Notes under the pieces: model-generated | Told to the model about the DNA's origin: nothing | The model's database searches: none | Seen by the model: only the letters and a program-made list of their open reading frames with translations | Assembly: GCA_051362555.1 (NCBI GenBank) | Contig: CM120641.1 | Location: forward strand, 33,672,401 to 33,736,400 | Source: Lingula anatina | Taxonomy: Eukaryota > Animalia > Brachiopoda | DNA: 64,000 nucleotides | Reading direction: 5' to 3' | Program-made: the position numbers and the translations under genes | Shown here: positions 38,563-51,600 of the stretch, piece by piece | Layout of the letters: the number at the start of each line of letters is the position of its first letter | How positions within the stretch are numbered: position 1 is the first letter of the stretch

Positions 38563-41500
38563 TAGGTGAGCGGCAGAAGGCCAAAATTTTCAGATTTAGT
38601 GTCCCCTTTATACACAGACCTGAATTATATATCATTTGAAAGCTCAGAGTCTGCTGGTCAAAGTTAGCCATGATGTGGAAATGGCAATTGCCTGCGTAAC
38701 CATGGAAACGGACAATTTCCAAGATGGCCGCCTGTTTTTTTGCATTTTTTCTAAAAATGCAAATCATTGATAAACATACCTAAAACATTGTCTATCATCT
38801 AACCTTTACATGTTTTGTGTTGAGGGAGGTTATGGGCTAAAAAAACACCATACCAGAATTTCAAGATGGCCGCCGTTTTCAAGATGGCCGCCATTGTTTG
38901 TGAAATATTGGTCAAATTTTATCATTTTATTCCAAAACTTTACATATAAAATCAAAACAACAATGTTCATATAACCTTTATTGCCTGGATTACATTAAGT
39001 AATTATTATTACATTACATTGTGGCATTTGGTTAAATTTGGGAGAGGTTTAAGCAGTCAATTTTCAAATATTCAAAATGGCTGCCATGAAATGCCTATTT
39101 CCATGATGTGGATTTTAGTTCAGCTAAATCATCACAAAATATCTTTAAATGCCAAACTCACACATATATTAGTGCTAGATGCTTGATGCTACATGATGCT
39201 TCAAACAACCTTTTCAAAATGGCCACCATTTTCAAGATGGCGTCCATTTTCCTGTTAAAATTCACTAAAATAGCATTTTCCAAAGGCAAAATTTATACAA
39301 TAAAAAAAAAATCATATACAATATAAAAACAAAAAACCTCCAAAATTTTAAAAAAAGTTTTTGGCTTTGAATTGATGTTGTTTTATAAGATTTAAATTGT
39401 TTTTTAAATATGATAAATGCAAATTTAAATGTCATTTAAACGAAATGACATTATTTACACATTTTATGCTGGTGACTTCCTGTCAGTCAAATTCTCACAT
39501 GAAAGTAAACAGCATGCAACAAATTATATCACTCTTCTAACATCGCTTTGAAGAATGCTGTGTGTTTCCCAAATTAAAAAAAAATACCAGTTAACTTCAA
39601 AATGACAGCCAAATCCAATATGGCCGCCCATGTTAAATTATCATTCTTATTTTTTGTATTGCACCTTTGTGGATTATCAATGTTGAAATTACTATTTTAA
39701 ACATTTTGATACTTTCTATTTAATAAAGAGATTTTATTATGGTAATATTTAAGAGGAAATAAATTTAAGGTACCAAATATAGCAGAAAAATGACAATGAC
39801 ACCTCTATCATATCTATATTGTTTTCACTTGTAGTTGTGTTTTTTTCCCCATAATCCCCTTATGCAGGTCAGATTCCATAAAAAAAGAAGCTTTTGTCAG
39901 CAAGATATGAAATTGTCGGGGTTATGTGTTAATTTTTTAATGTCAAATTAAAAAAAATAGAACACAAATACTGGCTTTGATTACTAAAACAATAATTAGG
40001 CATAATTAGTAATGGATACACTGAAAAAGGGATACAGGAACCTTCCTATGCATATTGTTTATCAATATCATTATAATGCTAAATCATCCACGTACATTTG
40101 ATCTATTCTTTTCAGTATATCAAATGCTGACACAGCTTCTTGGATTGTTTTCCATACATTTAGAATGTTAATAACAATTTGGATTCACCAAAATGCTATG
40201 GCAGGTAACATGAGGTGACAACTTTATTAGGTTCTTAGATAAAGATGATTTGATTGCAAGGGATGCTGTATATCATGCATCCTCTCTTTCCTCTTACAGG
40301 GTACAGTGTATATAAGTACTAGTAAAACCAATCTGACTTATCACCCCTCAATGAAATCTGGTAATCTATATGATGCTGCAGTCTATCAACTGATAGCAGA
40401 AATAGATTATGACCTGATGGCAAACAATAAAGCTTTTACACTGCTAGTATCTAGTCTTCTTGACAGGTAGTGATTTCTGCTCCTTTCTAGTGTGGCGTCC
40501 AACTATCGAGGTGAAAAGCTCAAAATGAGACTACAAAGCATTATGGTGATGCTGTTTCATTTTCTTGTATAATACGGACAAGGGAAGTTCACTAGCTGTT
40601 ATGTGTTGTAGTAAGATTTCTTTAGGTGACACTATCAAAGCTGCCCAAAGAATCATACAAGACCTGAGCTCATCAATCTCACTAGATCCATAAGATACAG
40701 TGACAGAAGATGCTGATCACTTGTCTTCCAATTAATCAATGTATACAAAGCAGTTTCTATCTTGAAAACACAGAAAAAAGGTCTTTCAGAATACTACCCC
40801 TTACCAAGTGACATTAGTCTCAGAAATTAAGCCTATTTGTCCCAGATTTGCTTTAAAGTTTGTTTTTTGGATTAACCAACTTAGATGCATTTAATGCAGC
40901 GAGCAGTGAGTTTCCATCATCTGATGGTGTACACAGAAGATGCCTGGCTATTGCTGAATGCTGAAGTTCTTCCACCTCTACAAGTAGGACTTGCTGCACA
41001 ATGATTTTGGGTCTTGTAGTTTGATAGATACCTTTCACAGCCACGGAATTTGCATCTCCTATGGTGATATTAGAAGGATTAATGACATACATTGCTGAGT
41101 TAGAAGTAGAAAGGCAGCAAGATGGTGTCTACATTCCACATGACATTGTGTCATGCTGTGATGGTGGTCATATTATCCATGAGGGTGACGACAACATTGA
41201 CATTAGTGCAGAAACTACGGATGGGAAAACACCTTCCATGCTATGGTGAGCCAGTAGTTTTTCAAGAGCAAGTTCTACACCTCCCTGTGAGTATGTAAAA
41301 GAATCCCATTAGAAGTTGGGAAGTCCAAGTCACTTGCTCTCTCTGATAAATCCAATTCACCAATGGAATGCACACCATTTTAGAAACCTAAGAAACTTGC
41401 TGAGCCACCAAGAAGAGAGGTTTTAGAACAGCTCAATTATTACAAAGAGAATGTAATGCAAGTTAATGTTATTGCATGGAGTCTTTTGAGAATGTCCCAT

Positions 41501-44149
41501 CGAAATCTCCTACCTGTAAACAATAAAGTTTAGCTTTGGCACCTGCAGGTCATTTCTTTCTGGACAGGATTCAATCAGCTGTCTGTGAAGAAAACGACCT
41601 ATACTGAAGTTGCATATATGCCACTTCTTGATGTTAAACCTAATGACATGTACACATTTTACATCACAATGTTGAAGTGTTGGGGTATGAGTGCTTCACT
41701 TGCACAGCAATTTGTTGTACAAACGGACGACCAACAGCTATATGCCATAGCCCAACAAATAAACTGGTCTTTTCCTGAAGAGTTTGGTTGCCATGTCATT
41801 TGTATGGGTGGTTCCCATACACTGTCATGCTTCATTGCTTCTATCGGGAAAATTTGGGCCGTTGCAGATTTGTTGGCCATTGGTGGCCATTGTAGAGTCT
41901 GATGTTTATGCAGCATCCACTTCAACGAAGAGGGTTGTGTGGAAAACAATTCAACATGGCAATAAGTGGGCTTACTTTGGCATTTAAAGCTTTGATATCT
42001 CTCAGATTGTCAGCTTTTTATTTTGGTACCAAAGAAAGAATAGCGAAGTTTCACAGTTGGTGTGGTATGAGGTGTCAAATGTGTAGGAGTTTTACAAGTC
42101 TTGTGCTGTGGGTTTTGTGGGTGACCAACATGTATCTGAGAGTATGTCTGAGGATCTGCTGCCAAATTTCTCAGATTTCCAGGCCTGGGGATGAGGGGAA
42201 TTTCCTACATTTCAGTTTTGGGACTGCCTCCTTCAAGCTCTTCTTTTTAACTTTGTTAGAACAGGTTGCACTGGTTACCGGGAGATGCAGCTTGTGTCAG
42301 TAAGGGCAATGTTGCCCAAATTGTTTGCGAAAAACTATGCTCAAAGGACCCAGTGTACCTACTAGATATGTCAGAATCCATATTCTCTGGGGACATGTAT
42401 TGAAATTGATTAGGATTTTGATGAAAGAGCATGAGTGACAGGTCACTAATGTTGATACAAAGAACACGTTCAGGGTTTAGCATGTATATGTGTTCGTGGG
42501 TGTGTGTGAGTAGATAACGCATGCAGGCACAAGCATTTTAAGGTATATATGAGAGTATGGGTACTTAGAAATGTACTGAGATAAAATTTTGAAGATAATT
42601 GAAGCGGCAAAATAGTGTATTTATGTGCTCCTTTCTTTACTGAGAAGTCAACTTGATAATTATAGACCGCAGAAATGCATCATGGATTTGCAGTGGGTTA
42701 TATGGACTGATGCACTTCAAATAAAGATAGGTCCCTGTTTTAATATGACAGACATTTTGGTATTGGTAAATACATTAAATTTGATAGATCAAAAAGATAT
42801 TTTTTTTAAATTGTCTACATATTTCCAAACTATGGGATTTCTTTTTACTGTGACAATCGCGCACAAAGGTTCACAACAAGAAACACAGTATTAACTTTGA
42901 CTTGACTTAACATGTGTTAGTACATATAAATATTGGAAAATCCAAAAATTGTTTATTATAAGTGAAAAGTTGCAGTAATAGCACATCACCTACAATTATT
43001 TTTCTTTTACAACCATATATGTAGTAATGCTTTGCGAATAATTTCATCCTTTAGATGTGCATAATACAATTTTGAGAAAAAAACTCCATTTGGCGGCCAT
43101 CTTGAAAATGGTGGCCATCTTGAAGATGTATTTAGCATCAAGTAGCATCTAGCACAAATATGTATGAGAGCTTGGACACAAAAATTATTTATTTGATGAT
43201 TTAGCTGAATCAAATTCCAAGTTACGGAAATTTGCATTTCATGGCAGTGAGTCATTTTGAATATTTAAGAAATGACTGCTAAAATATCACTGAAGTTAAA
43301 CCAAATGCCATAATGTAATAAATTAATGACTGCTTTGTATAATTCATTCCATAATAGTCATATGGACATTATGGTTTTGATTTTATATGTAAAGATTTGG
43401 AATAAAATGAGCAAATTCGAACACTTTCCACAAATGATGGTAGCCATCTTGAAAACGGTGGCCATCTTGAAAATGGTGGCCATTTTGAAGAAGTTGTATG
43501 AAGCATCATGTAAAATCTAGCATCTAGCAAAAATATGTTTTGAACTTGGTAATAAAAATAATTTTTTTGATTATTTAAGTGCACAAAAGCCTACCTCATG
43601 GAAATAGGCATTTCATGGTGGCCATGTTGAATATTTGAAAATTGACTGCTTTACCATCCCCCAAATTTAACCAAATGCCATAACTAAATGAAAATATACC
43701 TACTTTGTATAATTCATGCAATAACTATTTTGTGGACACCACAGTTTTGATTCTATATGTAAAGATTTGGAATAAAATGATAAAATTTGACCAATATTTC
43801 ACAAACAATGGCGGCCATCTTGAAAACGGCGGCCATCTTGAAATTCTGGTATGGTGTTTTTTTAGCCCATAACCTCCCTCAACACAAAACATGTAAAGGT
43901 TAGATGATAGACAATGTTTTAGGTATGTTTATCAATGATTTGCATTTTTAGAAAAAATGCAAAAAAACAGGCGGCCATCTTGGAAATTGTCCGTTTCCAT
44001 GGTTACGCAGGCAATTGCCATTTCCACATCATGGCTTACTTTGACCAGCAGACTCTGAGCTTTCAAATGATATATAATTCAGGTCTGTGTATAAAGGGGA
44101 CACTAAACTCCTTAAATAAAGCACTTTTTGGGGTTTTGCCGCTCACCTA
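38563..44149 (+). mobile_element. Academ DNA transposon (5587 bp) with long inverted repeats
   Basis: Termini taggtgagcggca / tgccgctcaccta, 3-bp TSD TAA, about 350-bp near-identical IR (38596-38948 vs 43770-44107), internal transposase remnant. Confidence 0.92.
40190..42360 (+). pseudogene. Decayed Academ transposase
   Basis: Motifs DLIARDAVYH, DDNIDISAETTDGK, AYMPLLD.KP, QTDDQQLYAIAQQINW.FPEEF, MGGSHTLSCFIASIGK, with many stops and frameshifts. Confidence 0.88.
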
Positions 44150-44573
44150 TAAGGAGACGTCCCTTCATTCTAGAAGCGACGAACTACGAAACCATTACGC
44201 GAAAGAAAAAAAAAACAAAAAAACAAACGAACTATTGAGATGACCTCTCATTATTTATACTATAAATTATAGCAACGACCATTGTATATATAACCTGCTA
44301 CCGTGATGTACATAGACTACAGTATCCAGGCGTGGGCACTTTCCCGGGATTCCCCACGAAGGGTTTAGACGGGTTTTTCCCCATGTCCTGAGAGCATCGG
44401 GTACCGGATTTTACTCCGAGTTCCGATGCTTTTGAATTAAAAAAGATGTATATATACTTATGATTTTAAGGATACAAGAATAATAGAATAATAGAATTAT
44501 ATTAAAATGTTAAGCAACGTATTAACGAAGTAAAAATTGTATTGCATAAATTTTTTGGTGAAAAAGGAAGGCG

Positions 44574-44811
44574 TGTACAGACTAGTAATTTATCCAACCT
44601 GAGTCGCGGGCTTGAGCGCGCAACTCATAATACGTGTCAAAGTTTATAGCTCTTATAATCTCTTTTCATATCTCATCTCCTTTAAAGTTTATCGCTCTTA
44701 TCTAAAGTTAATCTCTTTTTCATATCTCAACTCCTTTAATGATAAAGTTTCAATAAAGATATTCAATAAAGTCTGTCACGCAAATTTACGTATAAAATCA
44801 GGCTGCGACCA
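44574..44811 (+). repeat. Candidate 3' LTR (about 240 bp)
   Basis: Starts TGTACAG right after the PPT, two AATAAA signals (44752, 44765), ends ...gcgacCA where the HINE resumes. No second LTR is available to confirm. Confidence 0.6.
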
Positions 44812-45097
44812 TAATTTTACCATAATTCCTTTTGTTTAGGAGACATATAGCATTGAATTTTCAAAAAATTTGACAAAGTTGCATTTCATGGAGTGTCACG
44901 CCCAAGCGATTGCACCGACTGAGACAATAAAACCAGGGGGTTCAAGTTGAGATTATATGTGACCTAAATCCAAGAGATAGGGACACAGGTCTGTGTGGTC
45001 TAGGAGGAGAAGTGGAGCTCACGGAGCCGGCGGAGCCGTATGATACTGGTCGGGACTAAAACCATGAGTACCGCCAGCATACATGCTGGTGGTACTA

Positions 45098-46390
45098 ATT
45101 AAACAACATTAACCTGCTTATCACCAATTCCTAATATTATGTAACACAGTATAGAGAGCTTAACCTATGGGACTTTACAGTAAAATCTCAACGTGTGTTT
45201 TATCTAATCTCATTTAATGGCCAATTGAAAATAAATTAGGCAAATGACTTAATAGCCCTGAATTTAACTAGTGATTACCCAAGGGAAAATTACATACTAC
45301 CACCATCCATATACATGTATTGACCATATATCACTCTATAGCACTGCATTAACTGCTTCCAAAACAGAAAACAATCACACTGATTTTCCAACACAGCTGC
45401 ACTTCAGTCCTATGAAACTTTTCAGTAAGTACCATAAGTAACATGGTTTTCCCTTGATGGTCATCCTGGCAGCAGTGTCCAAAAATGTTTAATAATAAAA
45501 TAAAAGTATCATGGATATTCAGAAAATGTGACATGGAAAGGTCTTCAAGGCCATGGATGTTCAGAGTCACACCTTCAAAATGCCAAACTGTAAACAAGAG
45601 ATTACTGTACTGAAATGATTTTCTGACCATTTTCAACACCTTTTTTTACATAATACAAAATAACAAAAATTTACTGTCATTTTTAAATGATCAACTAAGA
45701 AAATTGTTGACACAGGAAATATATCAATAGAACAATGTTAAAATTTTTTCTAATGTGCTTCATTCTGAGATTCTGAACATATTGAACGATTGATATTAAC
45801 AAACTGTAAAGATATGAGTTTATTTCCACACTTTATTACACAATAACAGGTTTACCATCATTTTTATACAATCAACTAACAATATTATTAAGATGCAGAA
45901 AATTTCAAAAGAACACCTTTATATACCGAATTAGTTCAAAAAAAAAAAACTGTTAACATGCCTAAAAATTGAATCTGAGGAAAAAACATGTATATATAGA
46001 GAAAAAGGCATAACTTCACCAAAACTTATCGATCAAGCTTTTAAGCTATTAAAATAGCTTATTCTCGAACTTAATCTGTATTTCAGTAAAACTGCTCACT
46101 CAGTGAATTTCAAGACAATTGGCCAATCAATTTTCCTTGAAATGTGTTATTGGTGTTGCATATATGCTGAGAAAAAAGTGAAAAAACCGCATAACTTAAA
46201 TAAAAAATGGCCTGTTCATGCTGATTTTCGAACTTGACCTGGGTATTATGAATATTAATCAGTTCTGTAAGTTTCAAGCCAAATGGTAAAATGGTTTTCC
46301 ACTTATTGTGTTATCAATGAAAGTGCATGGCGACGACAGACGCAGGTAACAGCTTTATGTCCAGACACATCTGTGTCTGTACATAAAAAT
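45098..46390 (-). mobile_element. HINE family D (diverged), terminus about 12 nt from a host splice donor
   Basis: Similar to 26700-28323. Terminal hairpin tgtccagacacatctgtgtctgtacataaaaat. Confidence 0.78.
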
Positions 46391-46402
46391 TGTAGCACTT
46401 AC

Positions 46403-46474
46403 CAATACATCATAGGGAATACATTCAATACCACTTAGCAGCATTATAAATATCAGCACCTGGACAGCTTTCAT
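46403..46474 (-). CDS. Host gene exon encoding a signal peptide (MKAVQVLIFIMLLSGIEC-IPYDVL); exon spans 46403-46482
   Basis: Acceptor ttgattccAG before 46482, ATG at 46474, hydrophobic core ending GIEC, donor GTAAGT after 46403. Phase 0 into the 29253 exon. Confidence 0.8.
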
Positions 46475-46605
46475 TTTAGTCTCTGGAATCAAGAGTGACA
46501 GTGATTTAACTTCCTTCAGCAAAATTTTAAGCTTCCCACAGTTTCTGTATATGTGCAACACATTTACATTTAGGGTTTCCACAAATACACAGCATGCCTG
46601 GTTTA

Positions 46606-47283
46606 TGCCACTATTTCACACAGACCACGAATCCCACGAATGGCCATGAATTGACAAATTTCACGATTCGTGGTTGAATCGTAATCAGTTCGTGAAGTTC
46701 TTAACAGATTCGTATATATTCGTAGTCAGTTCTTGCAATTCTTGACCAACAGGAATGGGTGGCAAAAACTTTGATGCCCCTATTTCACACAGACCACGAA
46801 TCCCACGAATCGCCAGGAATTGAAAATTTGGTTGAATCGTAATCAGTTCGTGAAGTTCTTAACAGATTCATATATAATCGTAGTAAGTTCTTGCAATTCT
46901 TGATCAATCGGGAATTCATGGCAAAAATTTTGAGCTGTTCATAGTTTTGGCCACGAACTCCCGATTCCAAAAAATTGTAGTGAATTTCTGGACAACATTC
47001 GTGCGATTCCAGCCGAATCCCACGAATATTCGTAACACTATCGCACCTGTATCATAACTGAATCGTAGAGCGTGTCGAATTAGACCAGAAAATAGGCAAA
47101 ATCTCACGATTCCAGCCGAATCCCACGAATATTCATAACACTATCGTACCTGTATCGTAAGTGAATCGTGAGCGTGTCGAATAAGACCAGAAAATTGGCA
47201 AAATCTCACGAATCCTCACGAATCCTAACATTTGTCAATTCCTGGCGATTCGTGGGATTCGTGGTCTGTGTGAAATAGGGGCC
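46606..47283. mobile_element. PIF/Harbinger-type MITE with duplicated left end
   Basis: TTA TSD, about 55-bp TIR (ctatttcacacagaccacgaatcccacgaat), second left end at 46775, internal ~100-bp tandem duplication. Confidence 0.85.
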
Positions 47284-48636
47284 TTACATGGTAAAATACA
47301 CATCTCCTGCACACTTCTCGCGCATCTCCTGCATACATCTAGCACACCACCTTCACACATCCTGCAAACCTTCAGCACACTTCTTGTATCTTCTGCACCC
47401 TAAATGTGTATGTGCTGCACATATATTAAAACTGTGTGCAGAAAGCTTAAAATTTTGCTTTCTACATGCATCAAATTGTATAAAATAAGCACAACAAAAG
47501 GACTTTTAAATCAAAATTAACTTTTCTCATGTCAGTGCTCTGTCCAAAAAAAAAAAACTTTTCATGGTGAGAGAGAGGCTACAGCTATTGCTTTTACAGC
47601 TAAATATTGTAGGTTACAAGATACAAATGTATAAGGCCAAGTAAAACTTCTAAATCCAGAACAACTCTCCTTTCTTTCTGGTACATATTAAGAGCAAAAA
47701 GGTTTTTAATAATGAACAGCAGCAATCATATAGTGACAATTCCTGTACCTCAATTTTTACTGCTAATTTAAATTTTATTACGCAGTGACTTGGATTGATG
47801 TCTCTTTTATTCAAATAAATCAGTTTGGAAGTTTACTGACTATTTTTTAAAAATCTTTTTAAAAAACAAAACCTTCAAGTTATTTGACCAATGAGGTAAC
47901 AGCAGTTTTTCACCCGTGTGATATCATCAGCTCTCAAAATATTTGGAAGACAAAGTTTCAAAATAATTTGTTTGAATACTAGTACCATCTTGTTCCAAGA
48001 AAGTGGGACTACAGTTATCCATAGCCTAAAAAAGATTAGGTTGTATTACAAATGCCCCCTTCAGAGAACAAAAGAATTTATTGGGACAATGCTGTCGGTC
48101 TGCTTTCAAGTATTATAATACATTTTCTTTCTGCCAATGAAATATTCACAGTTCACGGTGCCCTGTTGTTGGTCAAAACCTGCTACACTTCCCTGTATTG
48201 CTCTACTGCTATTTTAGGATATCCACACCAATAGCCTGACAGTGGCAGAGTTTGGTATACATGTACCCTGGCCAGTCACAAAGTTGAAAAGAAATTCTGA
48301 AAATACATTTCTCACTTCTGAGAGAACAGACCTAACTGATTTTTCTTTCACAACAGTTTGGAAATTATGTACAAAATATTAAAGAATTAGGGTGAGAGTA
48401 ATTTGACCAATGTTTTTCAATGAGTATGATAATATATGCATGTTAAGAACTGAAAAAAAGGTAAAGAGAATTGTGTAGGGATCATAATTGTGTAATATTA
48501 TTTTTTTTCTGAAAGTGCATACCTAATGAACAAATATTCAATGAAGGAGGAGGACAGCATTACAGCCACAAGACTGAGATTATCTACCCATTGAGTTGAG
48601 GTATTGAAAAAATGTCAGTTGGTCAGAACAACAAAA

Positions 48637-51600
48637 AACTAGAGGATCAGAGAGGCGATACCGCCTCCGAATATTGTACCACCAGCTGGAGCAAGCGCAT
48701 TCGTATAGACCCCCACATACACAAAATAAGGGTCACAGCCACCAGTCTTCTGCTTGACAAGTTGTAAAAATATAATCAACAAGAATTTTCAAAATATGCA
48801 AAAAATATATATGCCTAAAAATGGTACAATCAAAGTTAAGTTCATCGTAAGGTAGGTCAAAAGTCAATTTTAAGGTCACAGTAAATTGCCAGTATATGAC
48901 TTCCTATTCAACTTCAATAGTAACTATGGACCTATCTCTGCCAGTTTTGCCAAAATTTGCAAAGTTCAGTTCATGGTGAAAAGTAGGTCAAAGGTCAATT
49001 TCAAGGTCACATTTAGATTGCCAGTATATGACTTCCTATTCAAGTTCAATAGTAACTATGGACCTATCTCTGCCAGTTTTGGAGATAAAAGGAAAGCAAA
49101 ATTTGCAAAGTTCAGTTCATGGTGAAAAGTAGGTCAAAGGTCAATAACCTTGCACGCGTTATATGTCACAGGTCTTGCGTAACTACCCACGTGCTACGAT
49201 TTTTCCCTTGGGGGGGCAGCAAGCGGCCATTTTGTACAGGAGCAATGTATAGATGGGTGAAAACGATACGTTGTTTTTAACCAAAAACGATGTCCCCGGG
49301 GCGAAACTGCCAACACCAAAAGTAAAGGAGCATACCAGCGTTGTTATGAAACGATGTGGTTAGCCTGTCAGTGACGAGTTAGGGAGAAAAGAGCAGGACT
49401 GATAGCAAGGTACTGTATACACGTGAACCGGCAAAGTTAATGATGATTTCATGTTGCAAAAGCATAATTAAATGAGTTAGTTATTTTCCAAACAATATTA
49501 TTTGAATATCAGATACGTAAATCAAACTAACAACAATAAAAATTTTTGATGACATTGAAAATCAAAACCTGAGGTGCACGATAGGTTGGGGAGGACACTG
49601 CCACAGCAAGTAATGCATGAATTTTGTTACACAACACCATATGCTTGTGTCATTGTTAACTCTGTGGTATTATTACTCAATTTACTGCTCAAATTAATAC
49701 CTGATACTATTTCTCAGGCTACCAAGTACAAATCAACTTATTTTGTGGCAATTGACCTCCATGTTCCATCTTGTGTGCAGGTTGTTTATTATTATTATTA
49801 GTTGTTCAAGCACATTTTAATAAAGTGTCTATGCTTTAACAAGAGAAATTTATGCTGAAGTTTAAAAGATTAAATCATCAGTAGTATGTACAATTAAAGC
49901 TATTAATTTGATTATGCATATTTGATTTTCAATTATCTTGATTATCATATGAGGTTTCTGCATTTTTCTCTTGCCCTCGAATCAATATCTAACAAGTAAA
50001 TTGATAGTGCTTTATTACAATTTTTGCTTTATACTTTCAGATGTAAAAACTGTGTAGCAGTTGGTAAAGCTGTAGAGATTGGTGTGAGCATATAGATCAG
50101 CCGAAATGGTATTAGAGAAACTAGGAGGACAAGACATAGATAATGTACTAGTACAGTAGATCCATCATCACAGCAAGGATAGATGGTGTGATCTTGTCCC
50201 TGAAGCTATGCCACAAGTTTTCAAACTGGTTGAGTCCTTACTAAGACAAGCTGCTGCGGTGTGAATCGCAATATGTTCATTCAGGTTATACATGGCACAT
50301 TTATGACAAAAGAGACCTTCACAATATACTTCAAAGAAGTTATTCTTGCATCTATGCCTCATCAAAAGTACACAGTTACAGTGACTAGAACATTGTCTGC
50401 AAATAGTGAGGCAGTGAAGGCTGCAAGGTGCCATTGTTTTTCAGTATTAAGAATGACAGTATCTGTTATTTATTTATTTATTTTTATTTCTCATTTTTAA
50501 TGGGAGGGAGACTCACTTTGTTCTTTCTATGCCCATTCAGTTAAGGGTTGATGGCAATATATGGTAAATCTGTCATGCCTGTATGTAGAATTTCTCTGGC
50601 TCAAATTTCTACATTTATTGGGTGCATTATGAAGTTTCCTGACTGATTAATGAGGTTACTTGTAGAAATATCTTGCTTACACACATTTTGTGATATTTTT
50701 ACTACTTTATACATATGATTATTCACATCTCATCAGTGGTGTGTGAAAGGTACTTGGTATTTGCATTTTAGAACTATAGATCTGTGTACCAGCAGGGTTA
50801 TATTTCATATATCTGCGAATGTTTCTTAAAATAAGCTTCATGTTTGATAATTAATTGGTTTGAAATAAATAAATAAGTAACCCAAATAAAATCAATTCAT
50901 TTTATATTTCACATAATTTGTTTTTATTATTCTTCTAAGCATTTAATCATAACATCTCCCATCATTATACTGTTATTGTGTAATAACATTGAAAGTTTCC
51001 AAGTTTTTATTAACAGGTTGATGCTAACGTATTACAAATGAATGTAAGCATAAAAGCATATTTCCTTACTCAAATGTATCAAACAGTACCACTGGCATAA
51101 TACCGGTAAAGATACAGGTAAAGATGACAGCATTGATAACTGGGTTTACAGCGCTGTTAGTGCAGCTTGGTTAGTGTCAGATTGTTATCTTTTAAAGTTT
51201 GCTACTAGTACCTGAGAACAAAAGGTCTGGCACTTGACAATCAAGTTGATAAAATCACAAAACACCTGTAGAAAATAGAGTATACCCTGTACCTGCCCAA
51301 CATTGATTTGTTCAGATTCTTGACTAAGGGGTGCGTTACAGGTGTCAAGGGCCAAGACTTGAACTTAGGGGTTTGGCATGTCACTGGCCGATTTCTGTCC
51401 AAATCTAATAAAGCCTCAGTTGCTTAACTTTATCCAAATTTCCAATATCTACCGGTTGTGTTGTTTAATGCTTGGGGTCTCTTCTCTGGCGGCGGTTAAT
51501 TGGGGACACCTGTGCGGCCTGTCAACGCACCTAGATTCACTTTTGCCGGTGCCACATTTTCAATTACCGTAAATATCAAATTCATGAATAGAATAAGAAA

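Larger units (their letters stand above)
37284..44811 (+). mobile_element. 3' portion of an env-bearing Gypsy-like LTR retroelement, interrupted by Academ
   Basis: env ORF, long 3' UTR, polypurine tract gaaaaaggaaggcg at 44560-44573, then a TG...CA LTR candidate. Confidence 0.7.
36865..45097 (-). mobile_element. Older HINE family A variant split by the env retroelement
   Basis: Head 36865-37283, tail 44812-45097. Flanks rejoin family D (cttgcaata|attaaacaacatt, compare 61236). Confidence 0.75.

Noticed and set aside
38237-38767. 176-aa ORF and its twin at 43935-44243
   Set aside because: Both read outward through the Academ inverted repeats into unrelated flanks.
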